A stretch of 64,000 nt of DNA from Phallusia mammillata (lineage: Eukaryota): positions 16,554,001 through 16,618,000 of the forward strand of contig OZ281494.1 of NCBI GenBank assembly GCA_965637545.1. The letters are read 5' to 3'. Shown in pieces: positions 51,819 through 63,366 of this stretch; within the stretch, counting starts at the first letter, position 1, and each line of letters begins with the position of its first letter. The translations under genes were made by a program, and so were the position numbers. Below the pieces are notes generated by a model that did no database searches, was not told the DNA's origin, and saw only the letters and a list, made by a program, of their open reading frames with translations.

Positions 51819-52644
51819 TTTGCTATATGCTTTACCTGTCTAACATAGACTAAAGCGCATTTGCAACAAACGTGTACATCCCTACCGCCTCACTTGCAGT
51901 CAAATACTTTTCCGCTGTGGCATATACGGAAGTTGTCGTTAGGAGCCATAATGTACATTGGATTGGTGTTTCTTCTGTTGACAATGTAAGACTGATATGA
52001 CAGTTTGTTACATTCAGGTTTATTGTCAGTACAATCATAACAACACACCTAATAACACTTGTTTGTCTTGTAAGCATCACTTTATCGTACGTTGAAAAAA
52101 GATAATAATTGGGTTTAAATACATATGCTCTTAAGTTACATAGTATTTTGTCTCCCAGAGTAAGGGATAAGATCATCTATTGTTTTGGTCTTAACACTAA
52201 AACACCTCTCTGTGACGTAGAATTACGAAGTAATACGTTCATCATACGCTCAAGACTCCGTGTACAACCTACGCATGTATAGGTCATGTGCATGTTTAGA
52301 ACTGTCACGGCCCTTGGTGTTTCAAAGGTTCAACTCAATGACACAGACATGATTTATTTATTGCGTTATACGGTATTTTTTTCCAGCTGTTAGTCAATAC
52401 CAAAAACACTTTTTATATGGATTGAACCCATTCCGATTTGGTCGGGCCGAAAAGGGTTAGAAAAATACAATGTAAAGAACCATTGGGATTGATACAAAAA
52501 TTGCTCTTGCCGTTGCTTTTAAGGAACAAGCAGAAGTAACTGCGTTTCGGTTTCAAAGTCGCTCGACGTCTTACTCTCATTAGAAAAATCGCTCTGCTCA
52601 TTTCACGACTTTTTGCGGGGACTCAAACATCCTTCCAAAATGTT

Positions 52645-55321
52645 TCATACTTGATTCGGCGTAGCGTAGACATTCATATTCTGATAATTAAGCGGGCTCT
52701 CAAGAGCTTCGGGCACGTGATGTGTCGGCAATTCAGCTGCGAAAGCGTAATCGCATTCTCCATTGTCCATGCCATGATACAAAATGTTCGGTTTCATTGC
52801 TCGGTTATCTCGTTGAGGTTCGTATAAGATATTGTCTCGCAGTTCCGCTTCCGGGTTCCCATACAAGTGAGGGCTTCCCACGTCCCGGACCACTTCGTAT
52901 TCGCTCTCATTGTTAAGGGTTACTGTGGTTGTGTTCGTGTTATTTACACTGGCAGGTGCGACCTTCATGACGTGTTTCTTGTGCCTGTGTAAAGTTCGTT
53001 GAAATTAGTTCCTTAGAAACTTGGTTAGACGTATTTTAAACACAATTTAATTGCATCAACGGAAAATGATTTTGTGCCTGAAAATGTTTTTTAAAACTTG
53101 TACACTAAAATGTCTAATTATTTGTTTGTTATTGACAAATAGGGACTGCATTTCACATTACCATTTATTTGGTTTCACCCTTGTTCTTATTTGGTTTAAA
53201 ACCTTTATTTTGAGTTATATGCTAAAGCGACATAAAGATGATGGTATACGATTTACCGTTTGCCAATATAAAAGAAGATGTATTAAAAAACATAACAATT
53301 TGCATAGAAACAACCCACTTACCATATGCAACAAGCAAGTACCATTAACGACAAAAGACTGACGCAAACCAAAACACCAATTGCCACCTTTAAACCAGGA
53401 CCAGTATCTAAAACAAAACATTTTAAGTTGAAGTCAGGTTAAAAAATACGTTGACAAACGTTTTCGTGACGTCACAACGTAACCAGTGACGACTGTCCAC
53501 CTTGTGACGTAGTACGGGTCAGTGTGGTTGTCGTTGATCGATTAGGTGTTGTCGAAGTTGATATTGGATGTAATGCTCTTGGCGAATCCGTTTGGAGAAT
53601 AACTGCATCTACGTATACAATTGAGTGTATTTAAACAGTTTGTAAGTTTGATCACAAAGTGATGTAAAAATTGATATATTTTTCAAAAACCCAACTGCGT
53701 TGACCACAACAGTTTAGCTTCAATTATCACATTAATTTGATATGTAAAAAAAACGTTTATCGCAGTTAACAGTTGTATGTAGACCACTGGTTTACCTTTC
53801 TTAAGAGCGTAAACTCGTTTCTTGGAATGGTATGCGAAGTTGAAAAACGGATTTTTCCATCCATCTACTGCAATAGCACTTCCATAGATCGCATAACCAG
53901 GATTTCCTTCACTAAATGCAGTTTTTCTTCTTTACACGAAAATCAATTCTAATTACCAAACCTTGCTAAAAACTTACCTCAACGAATCTTGTAGCCTTGC
54001 TGGGACTGTGGCCTCCCGTATAACACATCGGTACTTTGACATGTCTGGTTTTCTTCTTGGTCCATCAGTTTGTAATCTTGAGGCAATTGATCCAAGGCTA
54101 ACGTATCCCTTTGGACATTTCATCAACCAAAAAGCAACCGTATCTAACATCACCCATGGTCCGTAAAAGTCCAGTGGTTCAGCCAAGCTTTTGTTCACAG
54201 ACCTAAAGGTGTGAAAATTTAAAGTATTTTGCTTGGTGATTTTTTAGGCCAATAAACGTGCTTAACATGCCCTTTCCGTTTTTTTATTGTGCTATATAAG
54301 TAGGTTTTAAAACTCTAACAATTCGGCACCTCCTTTCTTAAAATCGTATAGACATAATACATATAAGTTTGAAGTAATACCTTCCAACGAACAATTCAGT
54401 GTTGGGAGGAGGATTGCTTTGGCTATTGTGAGCAAACTGTCCAAGCACGTAGCTATCGTTGACAGGTGGTACAGGCTCCCATACTGATGCACTGTTTTCT
54501 CCAATGACTGAAAGATATGTTTTCACAACTATGATCTCCACCTTTGGGTTGCTAGCCAACGTGAACGCTGGAAAATTAAGCGAAGTAGTAAATTTTCTAT
54601 AAATGTCAAATAGCATTGTGACAAAGGAAGCAACGTGTTGAGATTAAAACTATGTAGATTATTTTTGTGAAAATATTACCTCCATGCACGTTTTGCTGTC
54701 TGAAACGTTCGTATTTTTCTTTGTTTATTTTTCTTTATTGGCTCATAAGCTTTTTGTAACTTAAAGCTTCTTTAAGCACTTTGGTATGCCCATTATGTTG
54801 AGACGAGGGTTTTTTAGCCAACAGTTTTTCCCGAAATTGTCATTAAGACGAAGCGAGTTAAGGAAAAACCCATTTACGCGTAATCCAAATATCATCTGGA
54901 TTGCGGAAAGCCGACTTCCCCTTAACTGCGTGTCCAGTCTGCATGTTGTTTAAGCAGTGATGTTTCTCGAAGCAGAAATTTCATGACATTTGTTGAACGC
55001 AAATGAGAGTTTTATTGTTAAATGACACGAATGTGTTTAGCACCTGTATTTCGGTCCAAACTTTAATGTTTTAGCAGTTCTATGCGAGAAGTTCCTTAAA
55101 TTTTAGTTTTGACAGTTTCGAAAACATCAGCCGAATAATTGTAAACCTTTTTTCAAGTTTGAAATCTTGATTATATTTTAAAAGGGCGTAAGTCAATTTG
55201 TCGTACATGTTTAGCGTACTGACTGATTACATCACTTAAATATAGAAACATTTTTCCACCATTTGTATTCGTACTCACCAAGAAATGCAAGTAGATAAAC
55301 TGACGATATATCTAATCTCAT
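52645..55321 (-). CDS. Receptor B: paralogue of A, Vps62-like ectodomain, Thr-rich stalk, TM, Tyr-motif tail (~367 aa)
   Basis: Exons 55321-55279, 54567-54381, 54202-53978, 53911-53796, 53608-53501, 53407-53323, 52984-52645 (1104 nt, open frame). Signal MRLDISSVYLLAFLAFTLA; SVWEPVPPVNDSYVLGQFA; FWLMKCPKGYVSLGSIA..KYRCV; TM VAIGVLVCVSLLSLMVLACCIW; tail with SEYEVV, NYQNM, NVYATP. Confidence 0.85.
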
Positions 55322-57239
55322 TCTTTTACGTACTGTGCACCGAATTTTATTGTTACTTATAAACACGAAATCCGGTATTATTTAGAATTCTATGGGAAAA
55401 TTCAGTGTAAAATGAAGAAATTAGGTCACTGTATGCATATATAATACACAACTTTTTCAACACGGTCCATCCAGGCTACAATGTATTCTAACACGTCATC
55501 GCAAATGCTGAACCGCGCATCAACACAACACACTTCATTGTACACCTTCGAAATACTCTCCAATCATCACATACTAAATTATACTGAAAGACATGTACAT
55601 TACAGCAACCTGTCAGCTTTATAATATCGGCCAATAAAACCCATTACGATCACCGTATTCAAGTGGTGCTGCCTGCTTGCCTCTTCGGCTTCTGTCTGCG
55701 TTTGTTGCGACATACTCACAAACAGCAACACAAGCTCTATGACGTCACAACTGCGCTGTCCGTGTTTCCGATGTAACATATCCTGTAAGGGCCAGTAATA
55801 CAGGTAACACCCTTTTCTGTGTCCTTCTTAATAGATTGCTTGAAATGACAATTTTTCGACACAACTGTGTGCACTTTGAATTAAAGCTCAAAACATGCGC
55901 AGCTTACTACACGAAAAGCAATCTACATGCTATTTTGCCTCAACAGCTTTTTGCATGCTTCTCCGAAATTAGCAGCATATACTACAGATGATATTTTATG
56001 TAATTTGGAACCTGTCATTTTAACATGCCTGAATTCAAACTTGACGTAGCTTTCAGGACACACGATTGCTTGAAATTGACACTACCAGTGTACTATTTAA
56101 TTTTGCTTTTTAGCATGCCAATCCGATTGCAACATGAAAACCACGCCTAAACCCTATTACAGCCTGTAATGATTTCGCCAGTTAATCTTCCAATTCTAAA
56201 ATTACCTCCTAAAAGTGAAGTTTCCAAACTGTTGGTAATTAGATACGGTCCTAAATACGCACAAACGCTCAACTAAATCCCTCAAAACTTTTCATGAACT
56301 CGCTGTAATACTCATTTATCGCTGTTAATTTATCATCAAAAACGCTGTTACATTCCCCGCACGTCATGTGATCAGAAATAGCTGCCAGACAACACGCTTC
56401 TTCAATTAATTTCCCTACGTTTGAGCCCAATTTAGCTTTGTTATCTTTTTTGCTAATTTCTTTCTAAGTATCACCCACCCAGGCTTTTTGGGCACTAATC
56501 GTTAACTTGGACCCAGAAATGTTTTTCTTTGTGTTTCGTCAGAAGCGTTTGTGTTGACGGAAATAGTGATGATGTAATATGGAGGAAATGTGACGTGCAA
56601 TGTTGGTCTTGCAAGCGCCTACATCCAGAAAACATTTGCTGACGTAGCTCACGCGTTATGTGACATAAATGTTTTTCTACCCCCAGCAAGTGTCAACAAC
56701 TATTTAGCCACATTACTACTATAAATTAAAAAAGTCAGAGAGTCAGTGTCGTACTATGGGTCCTTTCGTGGTTGTACTTTATGACAGTTGAATACATACC
56801 CTGCTACGCAACAGACACACAGAACCCAGTGCAATATTTTTGTTTTTTCAAAACAGTTCCACGAGGCATAACTACAGTGCTTGGAGCAGGCATCAGATCA
56901 AGTATTTTGGCTTCTTTCAACATTGAAAAAATCTAAATATTAGTGGAATAAATTAATGACAACGCAAAGGCACGCAAAACACAGTGCATGTTAAGTATTT
57001 GTTCAAGTTTGATGAAACAGTTCTTGGCGGCATTATTACAGTGGTAATGAGAAGACATTGGATTAAGTTCGGTATTTTTAGGGATTGATAAAATACGACA
57101 CGACAAAGCAGCATAAAGAGAAAATATACAACAAATACACTACGGTGCTCATACTAGACCTGATACAGTACACGTATTTGTTTATATGAAGGGTTCATGC
57201 GCAATAGGTGATACAACAACAGAAGACAACCATTTTTGG

Positions 57240-59849
57240 TCAAGTCTCGACGCTCTGTTTCCGCACCTCTTGATATTTATCATCTACTTTATTAAAACGC
57301 TCAAGAGCTCCGTTTTCTTTACTGATGGTGCCGATGATTTCGCCATAAGGGGATATTCCTGATGCCGCTCCGCTTGTTGACACAGTGTTGTTATTTGGCT
57401 CGTGCAAGGTAAAAGTGGGACTACCTGTTGTGCTAGCTGTAGCTTCGGGTTCATCCGGCGCAGGGACGATCAAGCTGTACTCTACTGAATCGTTTTCAAT
57501 CGCTTTTAGTGCCACGATCTCGCTGTATTGGCTCACCGCTTGTGCATTGGAGCCATTTTCGATTTTCTGTATGGCCACTATTTCGCTGTATTCGCTAACT
57601 GTGGCTTTTTCTGGAAGCTTCGGCGGAGGTGGAGAATTGGATCCTCCAGCTTTGTCGCTGTTTTCTGTAGGGTTAGGAACATCAGACGCAACATCATACA
57701 GGAAAAAGTTTCCACGCCCGAAAGATGTTGACGGTGCTCCTTCTGCATCAGGTGTTTTATCCCCAGTTATCTCACAGTACGCCTTGTCTCCGGTAACTGG
57801 TATTGGTTCCAAGTAGTCGTTCTCCTTTAGCCTGACTCCGGGGCGTTTTTGGTTTCCGTCAAGGTCAATCACGTCGTACGGTCGTTCAGGCATTGGTATG
57901 TTACTGTAATCTGCTCGCTGATTGGCTGAACGCAAACTCACGTGAACAGCGTATGGGTTAATGTCATCACTTGGTTTTGGGCGTTTTCTGTAAAACAATA
58001 TTCCTGTGATGAGAGACAGGTCAATTTTAAAATTCATTTGTGTGAGTATTTAAAAAAAAAATGATAAACTTAATGTTTGACCCGAACATATGTAGTGTGA
58101 CATACTGGAAACGGAACAAATTAATCTTCCATCAAGACCCTGGATTGCTGCCCAGTTTGGAGTTAAACAAATTTCGTTTAATGTCCAAGTACTTATCTTT
58201 GACAGAACTGACCTTTGCCGACGTCGATGCATGAAATTAATTACCGTTCCCACGATGATTGCGAGCAGTGCAAGTGACAAGAGCATTATCCATAGCCAAG
58301 AGCCGCTTAACAGCGATGTACCTCCAGCTGCAGAGGACGTAGTTTGTGATGAGATCGTAGTTGCAGTCGCTGCGTTGCGCGTCGCTGAAAGCAAGATCGA
58401 AGTCGCCGTTTGCGCTGTGGATTGCATGCCAAGGGTCGCTGTTTGCGCCGCAGTGGTATTCGCAAGGATAGCAAAAGATGACGCGGGCTGCGCTGTCGTC
58501 ATATGTTGCGCGGGAGCGCCGCTAGTGGTAAGCACAGTGCTGCTTTGCGCGTCGCCTGCAGTCGGGCATAAAGTGGTTGTTGCGATAAAAAATCCTACCG
58601 AGGTCTATAACTTACCTGGATCGCTGGTTGCCGTGTTTGAAACCAGAACAGACACTGGCACCAGACTTGCTGTAAGGTTTACGTTAAAGCCGACAGCCAC
58701 AATGACAACCTGGATTGTTGGTGGCCACGAGGTGGCGCGCTCCCACGGTACGTGACATAAGTTCACCGATTTGGCATCGAATTTGGAGTAGTTTTCGCTT
58801 TGGTATACATAAGGTGAATGATAGACCTGGCACAGATTTCGTCGAGATGAACAAATGCGGTCATCTGTAAAAATATTTTGGCAAAACTGTTCGATTTGTT
58901 TTGTAAGTTATATGTGGCATCAATTAATAGGTACCTACCGTTAGGCATTGTGACATATTCCTGTGATACATCGTAGCACCCTTGACGATTTTGCGGCGAA
59001 TAAATATCCCCTCTCACCATCATGACATAGGTTGTATTGGCTCCTTCTGTTGGAATTGCCCAAGAACAGTTGATTCTCGTGTTGACGTGCAAGTTATACT
59101 CGTTCTTCCGTATTTGTGTTGTTTCGCACTTTGTTCCTGGCATTGAGGCTGCATAAAAATCTAAATTGTATTCATTTTTTCTTTTTTTCAATTTTTTGAA
59201 AAACTTTCATAAACGTGAATCAATAAGCACAGGTTCGATATAGTCTTCATCTAATACCAAGCAACGAGCTGGGATATTGTAGTTTTAAGTTAAAAGTTTA
59301 GAGTATTGCATCTTGTTTAGTATTGCGTATAGTCTATTTCTATGGCCATTTGGAAATACTAGAACGTACATGCGTGGCATTAATAAAGTCCGTGTCATTA
59401 TTTTGTCAGAACAGCATTATTAATATGTAGGAAGCGCACTGGTCGGAAGGGCGCGTGTTTTGAGTGGACAGAGACAATTTGCATCCGGTCGTGTCAGATA
59501 CAAAATTCAAGCGAATATATATTTATACATGGACTTTATGAGTGTTATTTTTATTACAAAACATTTTTAAATTCTTTCAACAGAGTCGGTAAAAATACCA
59601 TACGATTTCCAATTGGATCAGAATGTTTTACGTATCTAACCTTCCAGTGTTTTTTTTTTGTACAAGTAACGGAAATGTTGGTACCAAAGTTGATAGTTTT
59701 TGTGAATTTTTTATCTCTATTTGTTAAGGTTACTTTCCTTTGTATTGCGACACACCATCATTAATATTCGCCCACGTTTTCTTACCTCGTGATGAAACCA
59801 CACACAGTGCAAGTAGTGACGTCACGATTCCGGCAGGTATTTGCATCAT
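57240..59849 (-). CDS. Receptor C: divergent CUB-like domain, Ser/Thr/Ala stalk, TM, multi-ITIM tail (~537 aa)
   Basis: Exons 59849-59786, 59148-58939, 58864-58616, 58555-58213, 57987-57240 (1614 nt, open frame). Signal MMQIPAGIVTSLLALCVVSSRA; Cys-spaced KCETT..INCSWAIP..GCYD..RICSSRRNLC; TM WLWIMLLSLALLAIIVGTVINFM-HRRRQRKRPK; 11 Tyr in the tail. Confidence 0.85.
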
Positions 59850-61655
59850 AATTGCGTCAACAATCGTGAATCATAATTAACTTATTTTCGAAACGTTTTC
59901 CTGAAAATTTTGGCATGTTTTTGGTAAGAGTGACAAATGTTTGCAACTGCCAAAGCACCATGTCACAAACAACCGATACTAATTTATTGCTACTGTAATA
60001 CGTTTGTGGCATTCGGGTATGTAATTTGCACAGATTGTGCTTTTGTTTTCTACCGAAATGCCAGTTGGTAAACGTGTGATAAACTTTTTCGTTGTACATT
60101 CGTATCTTTAAAAATATACATTTCACTATCTGTCTTCCATTCATAAATATCAGTCGAAAATAGGGAACAAATATATACTTTACTTACACTACACTAATTT
60201 CTAAACAACGCAGAATGTTTCTATTCGGTTTTTCTCTATAGTTTCAATTAACTGCTAACTATATCACTGGCTTTCAGTAACTGCACTAATTCATTCTGCC
60301 GTAACTTTTTGCTGAACTAGTCACAATAACAATTATGGAAACCGCCTCCGCTATCTACTCTTGGTTCACACGCAATGATAGCATGGCTCGTATCACGTGA
60401 TCGGAAATTGCGCCTGGTTACGCTGCTTCCGCTTTTAGGATACGTCACTTCGATGTGTCGTTTGTTCTCCTGCGACATCATAAGGATCTTGATTACAAAC
60501 ATTTTGTTTCTACTTTGTCAAAATATTGGTTTTGTTGAATGTGCCTTGCGTACATTTTTGCCCAAAATTCTAATACATTTAAAAAGAAACCTGACCCAGA
60601 GACTTAAACGAAAGATGCAGTTTTATTGTTTTACCTACTCTTCGATGTAATCTTCAAGGCCCAATTTTATTTAAATTTCTTAAAATAACTTACGTGAGGA
60701 TAAATTTACTTGAATTAACACACATTTGCCCAAACCTCCGCGCAGTAGTTTTGTGCAAATTAGAATAGTTTGTGGACGCCCACATTGAAATGATCGTTGC
60801 TATCTATATACTCATGTTGGTGACTCCTGATTAATCATTAGCGTTATTTCCTGGTGTAGAATTGGATCTGAAAACCTAGGTGGCTCAGAAAACTCTTCTT
60901 GTCCCGCTGACGTCAGGTAACTGTATTAATATTGCGATGAATACATGATGTCGTCAGACCAAACTCTGCATCATTTTGAAAGTGTGTATGTGATATAAGT
61001 TCTTTGCTTTGTTTCAAGGTGTTTTTTGTGTTTATTTCATTTATTTTTTTAACAAAATCGTCGGAATCCAAATAAAACAAAACGACGTTTTAAAAAAACA
61101 TAAATGAACACGAAAAAAATATTGTTTTAGAAAAATAACACAAAAGAAGTATACGTTGCAAAGCTGTAATTACCTACCACATAAAATATCAGATAAAAGT
61201 ATAACAGGTCACACTCGTCGAATACTGTACGCAGTGGTTAAAACCAATTTATAGCAACAATTATATGTAGGCCTACGTCGCTGCAAGTATTGAAAACAAA
61301 CTGTGTTAAAAAAACTGTCATTAGAACTTTGCGACATGTTAAAAAAACATTTACAAATAGAAAAGCGCCTTATCGACAAACAGTAAACAAAATTCTTGGA
61401 ATTTCGGCCATTGTTGCAGATATGTTAGATTAGTTTGCAAGCGAGAATGCAATCTTGCACTTTGCCAGTTTGCAAGCACTCTGCAAGGTAGATAATTAAG
61501 TTTTATCAAGTTTTAATTGATTGTATGTGGTATAATTGTACGTAAGCTGGTGGTCACCTTTTTGAGCCCGAACAATTTTTGTTCCTTCACCTACAGTTTT
61601 GATTGGTCTTGGTCCCCTGCCATAGTGTATGCAATCTCTACATCGCCGTTACTGC

Positions 61656-62764
61656 CTAAAGGTTATTAGGGTTGTTATACAGCTCGTTGACGACGGTCTG
61701 TTTTTCGCTATCGCCAATTTCAATTGCTTGGTAGACATTGGAGTTGGGTTTTTTCGTGGACATTGCACCATCCTTAATAGTTTCGTATGTCGGGTCACCG
61801 TCCGTTCCAACCCGATGACGTGCGATTATGCCAGCTTTTGCCCGGTCCAATTTCTTTTGTTTTTTGCTGTTCATAAAAGAGCCTTTAGGGTTCGGCTTGA
61901 AAAAAGACTATAACATTAAAACCTTGAAGTTGACACCAAAATGTAAATGCCAAGGCGTTTCGAGTTTATCACTTTATGCATGTATATTTAAAATCTAAAA
62001 CCTTGTCTATTTCGACCAGACTTACCTGTATAAAAGAAACAGTATCACTCCAGCTCCTGCAATCAGAAGAGCTGCTGCTACAATAAGACCAATGTGTAGA
62101 TCACTAAGTGCTGGGCTTCGACCTTTTATTTCTTCGTCCTTGTTGGTTTCAGAAATTCCTATTTCAGGTCTTGTTGATGGTGAAACTTTCGTACTAGTTG
62201 CGGTTTCGATTGTCCCTGTAAGAATATTTACATAGTATTGTCGTGCGTTTTCAGCGACCAAAGTATGTTTTAACTATACCATATAGAAAAGCTTGAATTG
62301 TGAGTTTTGTGGATTGATTTACTTTAAATCTTATATTGTTCCAGTTTGGCTCATCAAACACCTCGCAAGCTGCTTCATTTTCTTTTTCTTCTGGGTAGAG
62401 CACCACGCATCCAGCTAATGCTGGAATCTCGTTTGGGAGTGGAACTATTGTTCCACTTGTTATGGTAATTACAATCTTACTGTATTGATCGCCTTTTAAC
62501 TTCACGCACTGACTTTCGGGGAAGTCGTATGAAGTGGGAACAGTTTCTAACATCAGTAGTTGGCAGTTGCGGTTCATACCAACTGCAATACAAATGTTTT
62601 AATACGAGATTACCATACACATGTGGATTTTATCATGCAAACAAATGCCTATAGTTGGTTGACTTTTACGACAAAACGATACGTTTAGAGTTCTAATGCT
62701 CACCAGTTGTGGAGATGCATTCCAACAAAATTCCTAAAGCTGTCAAGATGGCAATAAGCAACAT
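61656..62764 (-). CDS. Receptor D: small type-I membrane protein with a 4-Cys ectodomain and short YxxI-bearing tail (~254 aa)
   Basis: Exons 62764-62704, 62582-62280, 62215-62026, 61866-61656 (765 nt, open frame). Signal MLLIAILTALGILLECIST; ~100-aa ectodomain exon (phase 1-1); TM IGLIVAAALLIAGAGVILFLLY-SKKQKK; tail YETI-x14-YQAI...LYNNP. Confidence 0.82.
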
Positions 62765-63366
62765 AATATTTGTCTATTGTAACTAAACTGCAATTGAACG
62801 CTACATTCCAAATGTTTGCTTGTTTTATTTCCTGCTGCTAAACACATAAACCCGCACCTGCACACAAACGTCATCTTGTATCGTAGTGATTAAACAATGC
62901 GTCACCATAACACTATTCACAACATGCGTTTTCATCACATATGAATAGCCATTAAAAGTGTTTCGTTTCTGTTTGTGATTATAATTATTCAACCTGTTTC
63001 TTTACGAGGTTCGTATACGAGTAGCTATCACTTGATGGCTAATTATTTCTCAAATCAATTACGCATTTCTTCACCTTGTTGGTAATGCAGTTTGATATTT
63101 GAGTCAACGCTAAACGCAGAACACCATTATAAGCATATGGGAGTTACAATCTTAACTTTTTAATGTAAAAGCATATAGAGCCAATAAATGATAAAGATTG
63201 TAACTATTACACAAAAACACATAGCAAACTTTTAGCAGTTGATTTGGTGCGTGGAAAAAGTTATATCAAACTAAATATTAGCCTGTATATTTGCATGTAG
63301 TTCAGTTTTTGCAGTGTCTATTACTCTATATACGAATCACAGTAAATTAGCAACATTTTAGCCAGT

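Noticed and set aside
51850-52176. 108-aa hydrophobic ORF upstream of receptor A
   Set aside because: No phase-compatible donor before its stop; the exon 51818-51782 supplies a better signal peptide.
57385-58755. Plus-strand ORFs of 143 and 174 aa
   Set aside because: Antisense shadows of receptor C's low-complexity stalk and tail, not nesprin exons (no spectrin-like pattern).
60857-60916. Plus-strand exon-like block ending CAG|GTAACT
   Set aside because: The only open frame is phase 2-2, incompatible with the phase-0 nesprin donor at 49086; no protein similarity.
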